Assembly: GCA_964588165.1 (NCBI GenBank)
Contig: CAZPMS010000001.1
Coordinates: 91,303 to 155,302 of the forward strand
Length of the DNA stretch: 64,000 nt
Source: an uncultured Gammaproteobacteria bacterium
GTDB taxonomy: Bacteria; Patescibacteriota; Patescibacteriia; UBA1558; UBA10009
Reading direction: 5' to 3'
Position 1 is the stretch's first letter, and each line of letters starts with the position of its first letter. This document shows positions 28,802 to 37,178 of the stretch, piece by piece. The translations under genes and the position numbers were made by a program. The notes under the pieces were generated by a model that searched no databases, was not told the DNA's origin, and was given only the letters and a program-made list of their open reading frames with translations.

Positions 28802-29977
28802 TTAATCCGTGACTAAACCTAAATTTTTTAAAACCTTATCCAGCATGGGTACCCGTTTTTTAAATTTCTTAACTTCCTGTGGCTTAACCCATTTATACTC
28901 GGTATTTTCCCAATCAAGTTTTACTTTGGGCTTCCTTTTCAATTTTATTAAAACCGGATGTACGTGCCAGATCCTGTCTATATCATCTTCTTTTATTTTA
29001 AACGCCTTGCCTCTTTTACAGCTTCTTAGCTGTTTCTTAGGAATACCCAATTCTTCGCAAACTTCTTGCTTAGATTGTTTTAAAATATCATTACCATCTA
29101 AATAACCGCCCACGCTGCACCAATAACCTTGATGAGTGCCAACCCTATCCCCTCTTTTTAAAAGCAAAACCTTGCCATTGCATTCCAAAAAGGTATTTAC
29201 TACTTTTGATTCTTTAAAAGCCAAATATTTGTTAAACCATTTTAAAGTTGAACTAACGACCTGCTTTGAATACCGTTCACTTTTAAAACCGTGATCTGCA
29301 CCTTTGATAATCTTTAATTCTTTAGGATCGCCTAAGAGACTATAAATTGTATAGGCATCTTTAAGCTGTACCCGCCTGTCTTGATTACCGTGAATTATTA
29401 AAACCGGACAATGGATATCGGAAATTAAAAATTTCTTTTGCAAATATGATCTGTCATTAAAATGTTTAGTAGTAACCTTAAAACCTCCTATTTTCCAATA
29501 ATCTTTATTTGATTCTTCAACTTTTTTATCACGATAAAAAGATTTTAAAAGAGCACCAACATTATATAAACTGGAAATGGAAACAACTGATCTTATTTGT
29601 TTATTAAAAACATTGGCACTGACTAATGAAGCAAAGGATCCCATACTATGCCCGGCCATACCAATCCTATTTTTATTTACTTTTGGATTCTTTATAAGAA
29701 AATCTAAAGCTTTTTCTATATCTTTAATAAATTGGCTGGCTAAAACATCTTTATAAGTTCCTCCACTGGGTTTGTGGCCAGATAAAGTAAATCTTAAAAC
29801 TATAAATCTGTTTTTTTCTAAATTATCAGAAATTTTTTTTATTATAGGTGAGTTGTGATTGCCGCTAAAGCCGTGCTGGACTATGACCGTGGGAAACGGC
29901 CCTTTCCCTTTTGGAATATGTAAAACACCTCTTAAGAGGTATCCTTTGTTTGATTTAAAACTGACTTTTTTTTGCAT
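28802..29977 (-). CDS. Alpha/beta hydrolase fused to Nudix domain
   Basis: 'HGFSG', 'GHSMG', 'HGNQD', 'GADHGF' then 'LLLKR...GGYLDG...EVCEELG...LDWENTEYKWV'. Confidence 0.85.
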   Translation of the reverse strand: MQKKVSFKSNKGYLLRGVLHIPKGKGPFPTVIVQHGFSGNHNSPIIKKISDNLEKNRFIVLRFTLSGHKPSGGTYKDVLASQFIKDIEKALDFLIKNPKVNKNRIGMAGHSMGSFASLVSANVFNKQIRSVVSISSLYNVGALLKSFYRDKKVEESNKDYWKIGGFKVTTKHFNDRSYLQKKFLISDIHCPVLIIHGNQDRRVQLKDAYTIYSLLGDPKELKIIKGADHGFKSERYSKQVVSSTLKWFNKYLAFKESKVVNTFLECNGKVLLLKRGDRVGTHQGYWCSVGGYLDGNDILKQSKQEVCEELGIPKKQLRSCKRGKAFKIKEDDIDRIWHVHPVLIKLKRKPKVKLDWENTEYKWVKPQEVKKFKKRVPMLDKVLKNLGLVTD

Positions 29978-30081
29978 ACTCTTTATATTTAACGAAGATA
30001 AGGATTGCCGAGAATAAATTTCTCGGCTACGGAAAAAATTTAACAAAAATCACGAAGCAGAGAAATTTATCCTCTGCATAA

Positions 30082-30642
30082 TTATACGCCAAGCCTATTT
30101 ATAAGCTCAACCTTTGGCCCATTGATTACAGTATATAAAAATTTATCTGTCATATCTTGCCTGATGTTGAATTCTTTAGTGGTTAAATGAGTGTACCGCA
30201 CTTGCAGCCTGTAGGCTCTTTCTAAATCGTTAATAAATTTTTGCAAAACCTCTTTAGAAATCTTTCCTACCAGCAAAACATCGGTTGGCGAATCGTCATT
30301 ATCAACCAACTGGCCGGTTAAAGCCAAATATTTTATGCCGTCTAATTTTTTAACTTTTTGAGCAGCAACTCTTTCGGCCAAAAATTTTGATTTATTAATT
30401 AACGATTTTAATTCATTATAGAGAACAAAATTTTTGTCCAGTGAATAATACTTTTTTTGGTTCTCTGTTTTAGATGTAATAAGTCCAAATTTTTCTAAAT
30501 TATCCAATTCACGCCGAACTGAATTTATCCTTTCCTTAATTTCCCTGGTTATTTCTCTAACAAAAAAAGGGTCTTCTGGATTTTCCAAAAAAAGATATAA
30601 AAGTTTAGTACGTGTTCGTGATCCAAATAGTTGTTCTAGCAT
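30082..30642 (-). CDS. Winged-HTH regulator with degenerate nucleotidyltransferase-like C-domain
   Basis: 'LFGSRTRTKLL...VREITR...NSVRRELDNLEKFGL' and 'TDVLLVG'. Confidence 0.8.
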   Translation of the reverse strand: MLEQLFGSRTRTKLLYLFLENPEDPFFVREITREIKERINSVRRELDNLEKFGLITSKTENQKKYYSLDKNFVLYNELKSLINKSKFLAERVAAQKVKKLDGIKYLALTGQLVDNDDSPTDVLLVGKISKEVLQKFINDLERAYRLQVRYTHLTTKEFNIRQDMTDKFLYTVINGPKVELINRLGV

Positions 30643-30656
30643 AAATTATATTGGGT

Positions 30657-30755
30657 GTAGTTTTGGGCATGGAGGCTAGTTATGTTATAGGTAAAGGTTT
30701 AATTCCAAGACCATAGACTAGAACCTAACAAGCCTCTAAACCTACACCAATTAAC
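30657..30755 (+). repeat. ~92-bp dispersed repeat, copy 2
   Basis: tttgggcatggaggctagttatg...ttccaagaccatagactagaacctaacaagcctctaaacc matches the reverse complement of 24369-24460. Confidence 0.8.
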
Positions 30756-30797
30756 TTAAATATAGTATAATCACTCCAAAGATATATTACAAGTTTT

Positions 30798-32966
30798 ATG
30801 AGTGTTAAAATCAGTAAACTCCATATTCATGATCCGCACCGCTCCATGAGAGTTGGAGAAATATTGGTACAGCCTGCTTCGGAATCATGTGACTGTGATC
30901 TTTTTATTTTAATTGAATTAGACTCTAATACCCCCGAAGATTTGGAGCTTATCAGGCAATTTTTAGAAATCTGTTACGAAATTTATGAAAAATCCCAACT
31001 GCATCAGGCAGATAAAATTTTAGAAAATATACTGCAGGCTTTAAATGAATACTTGCCGGAAATCGCTCCCAAAAATTTTAACTGGCACAAAAAACTTCAT
31101 GCTTACATAGGCTTAATCTCCGGCAATGAAATTCACTTTTCGGTAATCGGCAAAATAAAAGCTTTTATGGTAAAGCCCAACTATATTAAAGATATTATAG
31201 GAAAAATTCCTGAATCAGATAAATCTGACCTTTTTGATTTTACGGTTTCCGGACAAATTCAGCCCAGCGACAAATTTTTAATAACTACCGAAAGCCTGCC
31301 CAATTATGTTTCTTTAGAAAAGATAAAAAAAATTATTTCTACTCTGCCTCCGCAAAGTTCTATCGCCCATCTTTCTAATATCCTGGAATCTGTACCGCCA
31401 ACTGTTTCTTTCTTTTCTCTAATTATCCAATTTAGCAGCAGCCTTGTAGAAAATGATGAAATACCGAGCAAATCCAGCCGTTTAAAAACGCCGGCAGGTT
31501 CAGAAAATTCCATGACCCAACTTTTAAAAACTCAGGCCGAAACCGAAAAAATATTAAGTCCGCCCTCAATTTTTGAAACCCTAAAGGAAAACTTAAAAAA
31601 GAAATCTAAAGCTCCGGCCCAAAAAATAGCAGTTACCCAAACTAAATCCAGGTCTGACTCAGACGAAAAAAAGAAAAAACTACCTGTTAAAATTACTAAG
31701 CCCGGCAAGTTATCTTTATTTATTAGAGGTATTATAACTACCGGCTATAAAACCGGCCAATTAATAAAAAATTTGTGGCTTTTTACTACACAACAAAAAA
31801 ACCGAAATCAATTTTTAACAAATATAACTAAAAAACTGGCTTCTATAATAAAAAGGTTCAGCAGACTTTCTAAAACAAATAAAGTTTTAATAATTTCTAC
31901 CATTATTTTAATTTTGCTGTTTTCCCAAAGTTTAATTTGGCAAGAAAGAAAAATAGCCAGCCAACGTTTAAATGAAACCTATACAGGCCTACTGATAAAA
32001 ATAAATGAAAAACAAGAAGCCATAGAAGCTTCATTAATCTATAACGATACCATTAGGGTTAGGCAACTAATTGGTGAAATAAATTTACTATTAGTCCAAC
32101 TGCCACAGCAAACCAAAGAACAACAGGCCAAACATCTGGAATTAAGCCAAAAAATCCAAGTGCTATTTGAAAGGGTTTGGAAAGTAACCAATATATTAGA
32201 ACCGGTAACTTTAATTAACTTTAGGGAAATAAATTTAACGGCAGAAATTTCCCATCTGGGTTACAAAGACAGCTTTATTTACGGCTTTAATAATACCAAT
32301 CAGGTTTTTGCCGTAAATGTAAATGATAACAGCACTGTTGTTTTGGATAACTTTAATCTTAAATCAACACTTGCAGCCACTTTCTCTCAAAACAATTCTT
32401 TAATAATATCAACTGATAATAATGAATTTTATTCAGTAAACCAAAATGAACTGCAAAAAATCGCAGTTAGTTTGCCGCCGGAAGTTGAGCAAATAGACTA
32501 TCTGACTTTTTATCTGGATAAAATGTATGCCTTGGATAAAGAAACCAAACAGATTTACCGCTTTAGTTTTGATGGCAATAACTTTGGCCGCACAAGGGCT
32601 TGGATAACCGAAGACCTGCCCATTGATAAAACAGTTTCTATAGCTCTGGATGGATTTATTTACGGCCTGCAGGAAAATGGTGAAATTCTAAAACTTGCCG
32701 GGGGTAAAAGCCAAGGTTTCCCTACTTTGGTAATAGAGCCAAGCCTAAGCTCACCTACTAAAATTTTTACCAATGAAGAAACCAACAGCTTATACATTTT
32801 AGATCCGGTTAATAAAAGATTTGTTATATTTGATAAAAACGGAGAACTTAAAAATCAATTCTTTTCGGAACAATTTAATAATTTAAAAGATTTCATAATT
32901 GATAAAAGCCAACAAAAGGCATATTTACTTAATGGCGCGCAGGTTTTTGTAATATCAATTAAATAG
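30798..32966 (+). CDS. Membrane protein: PP2C-like N-domain, TM, coiled coil, beta-propeller-like C-domain
   Basis: 'SGQIQPSDKFLITT' (PP2C-like), TM ~aa 364-381, repeated 'YILDP..KRFVIFDKNG' blades. Confidence 0.65.
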   Translation: MSVKISKLHIHDPHRSMRVGEILVQPASESCDCDLFILIELDSNTPEDLELIRQFLEICYEIYEKSQLHQADKILENILQALNEYLPEIAPKNFNWHKKLHAYIGLISGNEIHFSVIGKIKAFMVKPNYIKDIIGKIPESDKSDLFDFTVSGQIQPSDKFLITTESLPNYVSLEKIKKIISTLPPQSSIAHLSNILESVPPTVSFFSLIIQFSSSLVENDEIPSKSSRLKTPAGSENSMTQLLKTQAETEKILSPPSIFETLKENLKKKSKAPAQKIAVTQTKSRSDSDEKKKKLPVKITKPGKLSLFIRGIITTGYKTGQLIKNLWLFTTQQKNRNQFLTNITKKLASIIKRFSRLSKTNKVLIISTIILILLFSQSLIWQERKIASQRLNETYTGLLIKINEKQEAIEASLIYNDTIRVRQLIGEINLLLVQLPQQTKEQQAKHLELSQKIQVLFERVWKVTNILEPVTLINFREINLTAEISHLGYKDSFIYGFNNTNQVFAVNVNDNSTVVLDNFNLKSTLAATFSQNNSLIISTDNNEFYSVNQNELQKIAVSLPPEVEQIDYLTFYLDKMYALDKETKQIYRFSFDGNNFGRTRAWITEDLPIDKTVSIALDGFIYGLQENGEILKLAGGKSQGFPTLVIEPSLSSPTKIFTNEETNSLYILDPVNKRFVIFDKNGELKNQFFSEQFNNLKDFIIDKSQQKAYLLNGAQVFVISIK

Positions 32967-32980
32967 ACAAAATAAAAACA

Positions 32981-33008
32981 GTAGCGACGCATAATTATGC
33001 GTCGCTAC
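32981..33008. repeat. GTAG-type perfect palindrome (family C), bidirectional terminator position
   Basis: GTAGCGACGCATAATTATGCGTCGCTAC between convergent genes; near-copy at 43286-43313. Confidence 0.8.
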
Positions 33009-33030
33009 GTTATTTTAATTCCAATCGTTC

Positions 33031-33483
33031 TTATTTAAGAGTAACCTGCGCACCGGCTTCTTCTAATGTTTTCTTTATTTCTTCTGCCTCTTCTTTTTTA
33101 GCGCCTTCTTTTACTATAACAGGGGCGCCATCAGCCATATCCTTGGCTTCTTTTAAGCCAAGCTGGGTAACTGCTCTAATAGCTTTAATAACATTAATTT
33201 TACTGGCGCCGGCAGCGGTAAGTTCTACATTAAAGCTGGTTTTTTCTTCGGCGGCTTCACCTTCGGCGGCACCGGCAGGGCCGGCAGCGGCCATGGCCAT
33301 AGGAGCAGCTGCGCTAACACCGAATTTTTCTTCCAAAATTTTAACTAATTCTGAAAGATCCAAAACGGACATTTTTTCAATCTCCTCTATGATTGATTTA
33401 AATTTTGCAGGAACTTCTACATCCTTTTTTTCTTCTGCTTTTTCCTCGGCAGGAGTAGCGTCCTTTTTTTCTTCTTCGGTCAT
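33031..33483 (-). CDS. rplL: 50S ribosomal protein L7/L12
   Basis: '[18 protein letters not shown]', 'KINVIKAIR...LGLKEAKD'. Confidence 0.98.
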   Translation of the reverse strand: MTEEEKKDATPAEEKAEEKKDVEVPAKFKSIIEEIEKMSVLDLSELVKILEEKFGVSAAAPMAMAAAGPAGAAEGEAAEEKTSFNVELTAAGASKINVIKAIRAVTQLGLKEAKDMADGAPVIVKEGAKKEEAEEIKKTLEEAGAQVTLK

Positions 33484-33623
33484 AATTTTATTGATTAATT
33501 TTTATTAATAATTGATAATAATTTATCTAGTCTTTAAGTCTTTCAATCTTCCAGTCTTTAAAATTATAAAGATTAAATGATTGAAAGATTAGAAGATTAA
33601 ATGATTAATAACTAATGTAATTA

Positions 33624-34151
33624 TTATTCACTTTTTGAATCTTTAATACCATTTAAAACATTTACCAAGCTTCTTAAATTACCGGCCATTACATTAACAA
33701 AGCCAGAAATAGGGGCTGCAATAGTGCCTACGGTTTTGGCAATAAGTTCATCCCTGGAAGGCAATTTAGAAAGTTCTAAAACTTTTCCAGCAGCAATAAA
33801 AGCACCCTCCAAAATTCCGCCATGGATTTTTAATAAATCATTTTTCTTGGAAAAATTTGCTAAAATTTTAGCCGGAGCTACCTCGTCTTGTTTGCCAAAA
33901 GCTAAGCCTAGGCTACCTTCTAATGAATCAACATCAATATCTTTTGCTTCAGCTTTGGCAAGTGCCCTTTTTAATAATGTTTTTTTACAGGCCAAATAAT
34001 CCACATCTTCTTTTCTTAAATCATTCCTTAACTGCTGGCTTTCTGCCACAGTTAAACCGTCAAAACTAGTAAAAACTACTGATTTAGCTTTAGTAAAATT
34101 ATCTGATATTTTTTTTACTTCATCTTCTTTTTGTTGTTTAGTTTTAGCCAT
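33624..34151 (-). CDS. rplJ: 50S ribosomal protein L10
   Basis: 'GLTVAESQQLR', 'KKTLLKRAL', 'LSKLPSRDEL'; start MAKTKQQK. Confidence 0.97.
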   Translation of the reverse strand: MAKTKQQKEDEVKKISDNFTKAKSVVFTSFDGLTVAESQQLRNDLRKEDVDYLACKKTLLKRALAKAEAKDIDVDSLEGSLGLAFGKQDEVAPAKILANFSKKNDLLKIHGGILEGAFIAAGKVLELSKLPSRDELIAKTVGTIAAPISGFVNVMAGNLRSLVNVLNGIKDSKSE

Positions 34152-34279
34152 AATGTTGATTATTAATGAATGACGATTGATAATAATCTTATAATCTTTC
34201 AATCTTACAGTCATATTCAATCATATTATGAAGACTAAAAAGACTGGAAGACTGCAAGATTTACACAAATTTGATAAAT

Positions 34280-34392
34280 AAAAAAATTCTGCTTACCACA
34301 GAAAATATGTAAAATTAGCCAAAATTAAGGCTTTCTACCTACACTGGTAATTAAGCCCATAAATAACGGACACCAGCGGTCTGTGGCAATAT
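34280..34392 (-). promoter_or_regulatory. Ribosomal protein L10 leader
   Basis: CCACAGACCGCTGGTG...GCTTAATTACCAGTGTAGG...TCTGTGG upstream of rplJ, after TTGACT-N16-TATAAT (34427-34400). Confidence 0.75.
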
Positions 34393-34445
34393 TAGAAATA
34401 TTATAGCAAATAGCTAAAATTAGTCAACCAGGGCCTTTCGAAGGG

Positions 34446-34553
34446 CTATAAAACCTGGCTCATAAAATGTATAACCAAGGCAGCAAAAGCAATAACTGCC
34501 ACTAAGACCAAGGCCACCAAACCTTTGGTTTTTAAAGATTTTAAAATTTTCAT
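34446..34553 (-). CDS. 35-aa single-TM peptide, not in ORF track
   Basis: MKILKSLKTKGLVALVLVAVIAFAALVIHFMSQVL; strong SD AGGAGG; followed by hairpin GCCCTTCGAAAGGC. Confidence 0.55.
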   Translation of the reverse strand: MKILKSLKTKGLVALVLVAVIAFAALVIHFMSQVL

Positions 34554-34676
34554 TTTTATTTTTCCTCCTAAAATTTTGATAAATAAAATGCCCCAACTTC
34601 AGGTTGTTGCAAATTTAACAGAATTATATCACTTTTGATGAAAATTTCAAGACCCTATGACCTGTGAATAAAAATT

Positions 34677-34838
34677 TTATTTTAACTTTTCAGCTTGCAG
34701 TTGGCTTAACTGGGCCAAAAGCTCTTCGGTGGCATATTTATCAAAAGTTGAGTTCATGAAGTAAATTGAAAAATAGCCAAAAGCCAAAACAAATAAAAAT
34801 GCCAGCATTGGTGAAATTTTTTGTTTAATATAATTCAT
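34677..34838 (-). CDS. 53-aa single-TM peptide, not in ORF track
   Basis: MNYIKQKISPMLAFLFVLAFGYFSIYFMNSTFDKYATEELLAQLSQLQAEKLK. Confidence 0.5.
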   Translation of the reverse strand: MNYIKQKISPMLAFLFVLAFGYFSIYFMNSTFDKYATEELLAQLSQLQAEKLK

Positions 34839-35004
34839 ATATTTAGAAATAGAAGGTTAGAATGTCAGGAAGTTAGTAAACTAGCATTCTGACATCCTTA
34901 TTTTAATAATGATTAAAAACTAATAATTAATTAAAGGTATCCGCGCGTTATCTGTGAGTTGTCTGTGAACTCTCAGCGTTATCTGCGCAAAAAAATTAAT
35001 ATAG

Positions 35005-36768
35005 CTACCAACTTCCTCCTCCACCGCCGCCAAAACCACCGCCACTAAACCCGCCGCCGCCAAAACCACTGCTTCCGGATGAAGCTGCCTTAGCGCCAGA
35101 AATTGTAGAAGTTGAAATTTTATTAAAACTATTTAAAGAATTAATAAAGATTAAAGAATTAAAGGTGGTAAAGTTGCCTTCATACCAACTTGGCTTAGTT
35201 ACATAAATGTTGGCAAATTCTTTGGCCCATTTTTTCTCTACTCCTAAAGCCATGGCATAAGGCAAATTTTTCTCAAACAGTTCCGGAGTTTTGGTTGGCG
35301 GGTTATGAAATTTGATCCTGTCTTTTTCTGCCACATTTAAATACATTTTAAAACCTTTTATTTCTTGATAGGCTAAAGTTCCTTCTTTAGTTTTATAAGG
35401 CATAAAATGGCCTAGCCAAACTACAATAATGCCGGAAATTATTAATGAAACAATATTAAAGCCACCACCAAAGAAAGGAATAACCACTGCCCCTAAAATT
35501 ATTAAAACAGCAGCTGCCACTATATATAGCCCACGGACTTTTTGCGGTGAAGTTGGAAAAAAATTTTTAGCCACCAATTCCTGGTACATATTTTTCTTTA
35601 ACTTGGGTAAGTGCTTGTGGAATTTATTTTTAAGTTCCGAAATTTTAACAGTTTGGTTCTGGCCAAAAACATTAGCGGCAAAATCCTTTTCCCAAACTTT
35701 AAGCCCGTCAAATTCCTTAAGTTTTATTAACTCCCAATCTTTCTTATCTAATGACTTTATTTTTAGATACCCCCTAACCGCCAAATCTATAAAAGTGGCT
35801 GAAATATCATGCAAGTTAACAGTTTCATCTATTAAAGAGCCAACTTCAGCCGGAGTTAAGCCCCGCGGTGATTCATAAAAAGGAATAATGGATCGTTTTT
35901 TGCCTAAATCCCGGCCATGGTAGTACCACAATAAAATCATGATCAATAAAGTAAGGAGTGGTAAAAGCAACAGTGGATTATCTTTTAAGATCCAACCCAC
36001 TTGAGTGAAAAAATTTGGCTCATCTAAAACGCCCTTAGGCCAGCCCAAAACCACCGTTAAACCCTCATAGGGCTGCATGGTATTAAAAGTTGAATAACCA
36101 ACCTGCGAGTTAGTAACATTGGTAACCTGGCAATCTTTTTCAGTACTGCCCTCTCTACCGGTAAAACACTCGGCCTGTAAAGTAGAAGCTTCTATGCCAC
36201 CAGGCAGTTTTACAATTATGCCCGACCTATCAATCGGCACTTCCCAATTATTACCCGTTACATTCCAGTAAAATTCATCATGCTCATCAAAAAAATTAAT
36301 CACCCTATTTAAACGGTAGCTGATTTTATAAATTTTTAAACCGGTTATATATTTATCCGCATCGCCGATTTTAATTCTTACATCGCCCGATTCCCGGCTA
36401 ACTATGTAATTATACGGCTGCCCCATTTCATCTTTAACTGATATTACTTTAAAACCTACAGTGAACTTGCCGCCCCGAGCCAGATATTTATAAGGTATTT
36501 CCCTATATATGCCGTGCCTCTGGTAATCGCCAAAATTATAGCTGATGGTTTCTGTAACTTCCACGCTGCTATCCTTGTTTATTTTAACTTCCACCTGGAA
36601 ATCATCTATATATTCCGCTGCATACTCCTGGGCCTGCACTTTATTAACAATTCCGGATATTATTTCTTTAGGATTTTGATATTGAATATAAAAATATACT
36701 AAGGCCAAAAGCGATAGTATAGCTAGAACTATAAAGAAAATAAGGAAGCGTTTTTTATGTAATCTCAT
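35005..36768 (-). CDS. DUF2207 family membrane protein
   Basis: 'VTETISYNFG..RHGIYREIP', 'FYWNVTGN.W', 'LPYAMALGV', terminal 'GGGFGGGGGGSW'. Confidence 0.92.
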   Translation of the reverse strand: MRLHKKRFLIFFIVLAILSLLALVYFYIQYQNPKEIISGIVNKVQAQEYAAEYIDDFQVEVKINKDSSVEVTETISYNFGDYQRHGIYREIPYKYLARGGKFTVGFKVISVKDEMGQPYNYIVSRESGDVRIKIGDADKYITGLKIYKISYRLNRVINFFDEHDEFYWNVTGNNWEVPIDRSGIIVKLPGGIEASTLQAECFTGREGSTEKDCQVTNVTNSQVGYSTFNTMQPYEGLTVVLGWPKGVLDEPNFFTQVGWILKDNPLLLLPLLTLLIMILLWYYHGRDLGKKRSIIPFYESPRGLTPAEVGSLIDETVNLHDISATFIDLAVRGYLKIKSLDKKDWELIKLKEFDGLKVWEKDFAANVFGQNQTVKISELKNKFHKHLPKLKKNMYQELVAKNFFPTSPQKVRGLYIVAAAVLIILGAVVIPFFGGGFNIVSLIISGIIVVWLGHFMPYKTKEGTLAYQEIKGFKMYLNVAEKDRIKFHNPPTKTPELFEKNLPYAMALGVEKKWAKEFANIYVTKPSWYEGNFTTFNSLIFINSLNSFNKISTSTISGAKAASSGSSGFGGGGFSGGGFGGGGGGSW

Positions 36769-36844
36769 ATGTTTATTTTAGCATATTTTTGAAGGAAATA
36801 AAAAACCCGCCAATATATGACGGGCTTTATCTGTATAATCTAAA

Positions 36845-37075
36845 TTACTTAAAATTCTTTGGACAAAAAGCGCGGATAATCATCAAACCGGCTAAAACTG
36901 TAATAGCAATGTTTGCCCATGATGGGATCCACCACCAGGTTAAAACGATAATTAAAACTGCCATTATGGCTACGCACCAAAGAGGCTTTGTTTTGGCACA
37001 TTTTTCTTTCATGCCCCCGCCTTGACTTGGTGAGGCAGGATCTGCTTGAGGCATGTTTGGGTTTTCATTTTCCAT
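36845..37075 (-). CDS. Small 2-TM protein, paralog of 44776-45000
   Basis: 'LIIVLTWWWIPSWANIAITVLAGL'. Confidence 0.75.
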   Translation of the reverse strand: MENENPNMPQADPASPSQGGGMKEKCAKTKPLWCVAIMAVLIIVLTWWWIPSWANIAITVLAGLMIIRAFCPKNFK

Positions 37076-37178
37076 AAATTTTTGGCCCGCTTCGACTCAG
37101 CGAAGCGAGGCGAGTTAATTATTTAATATTTTTTATGAAGTCTGATAGGTTTATTTTAGCATAAGTATTAAAAACAAT

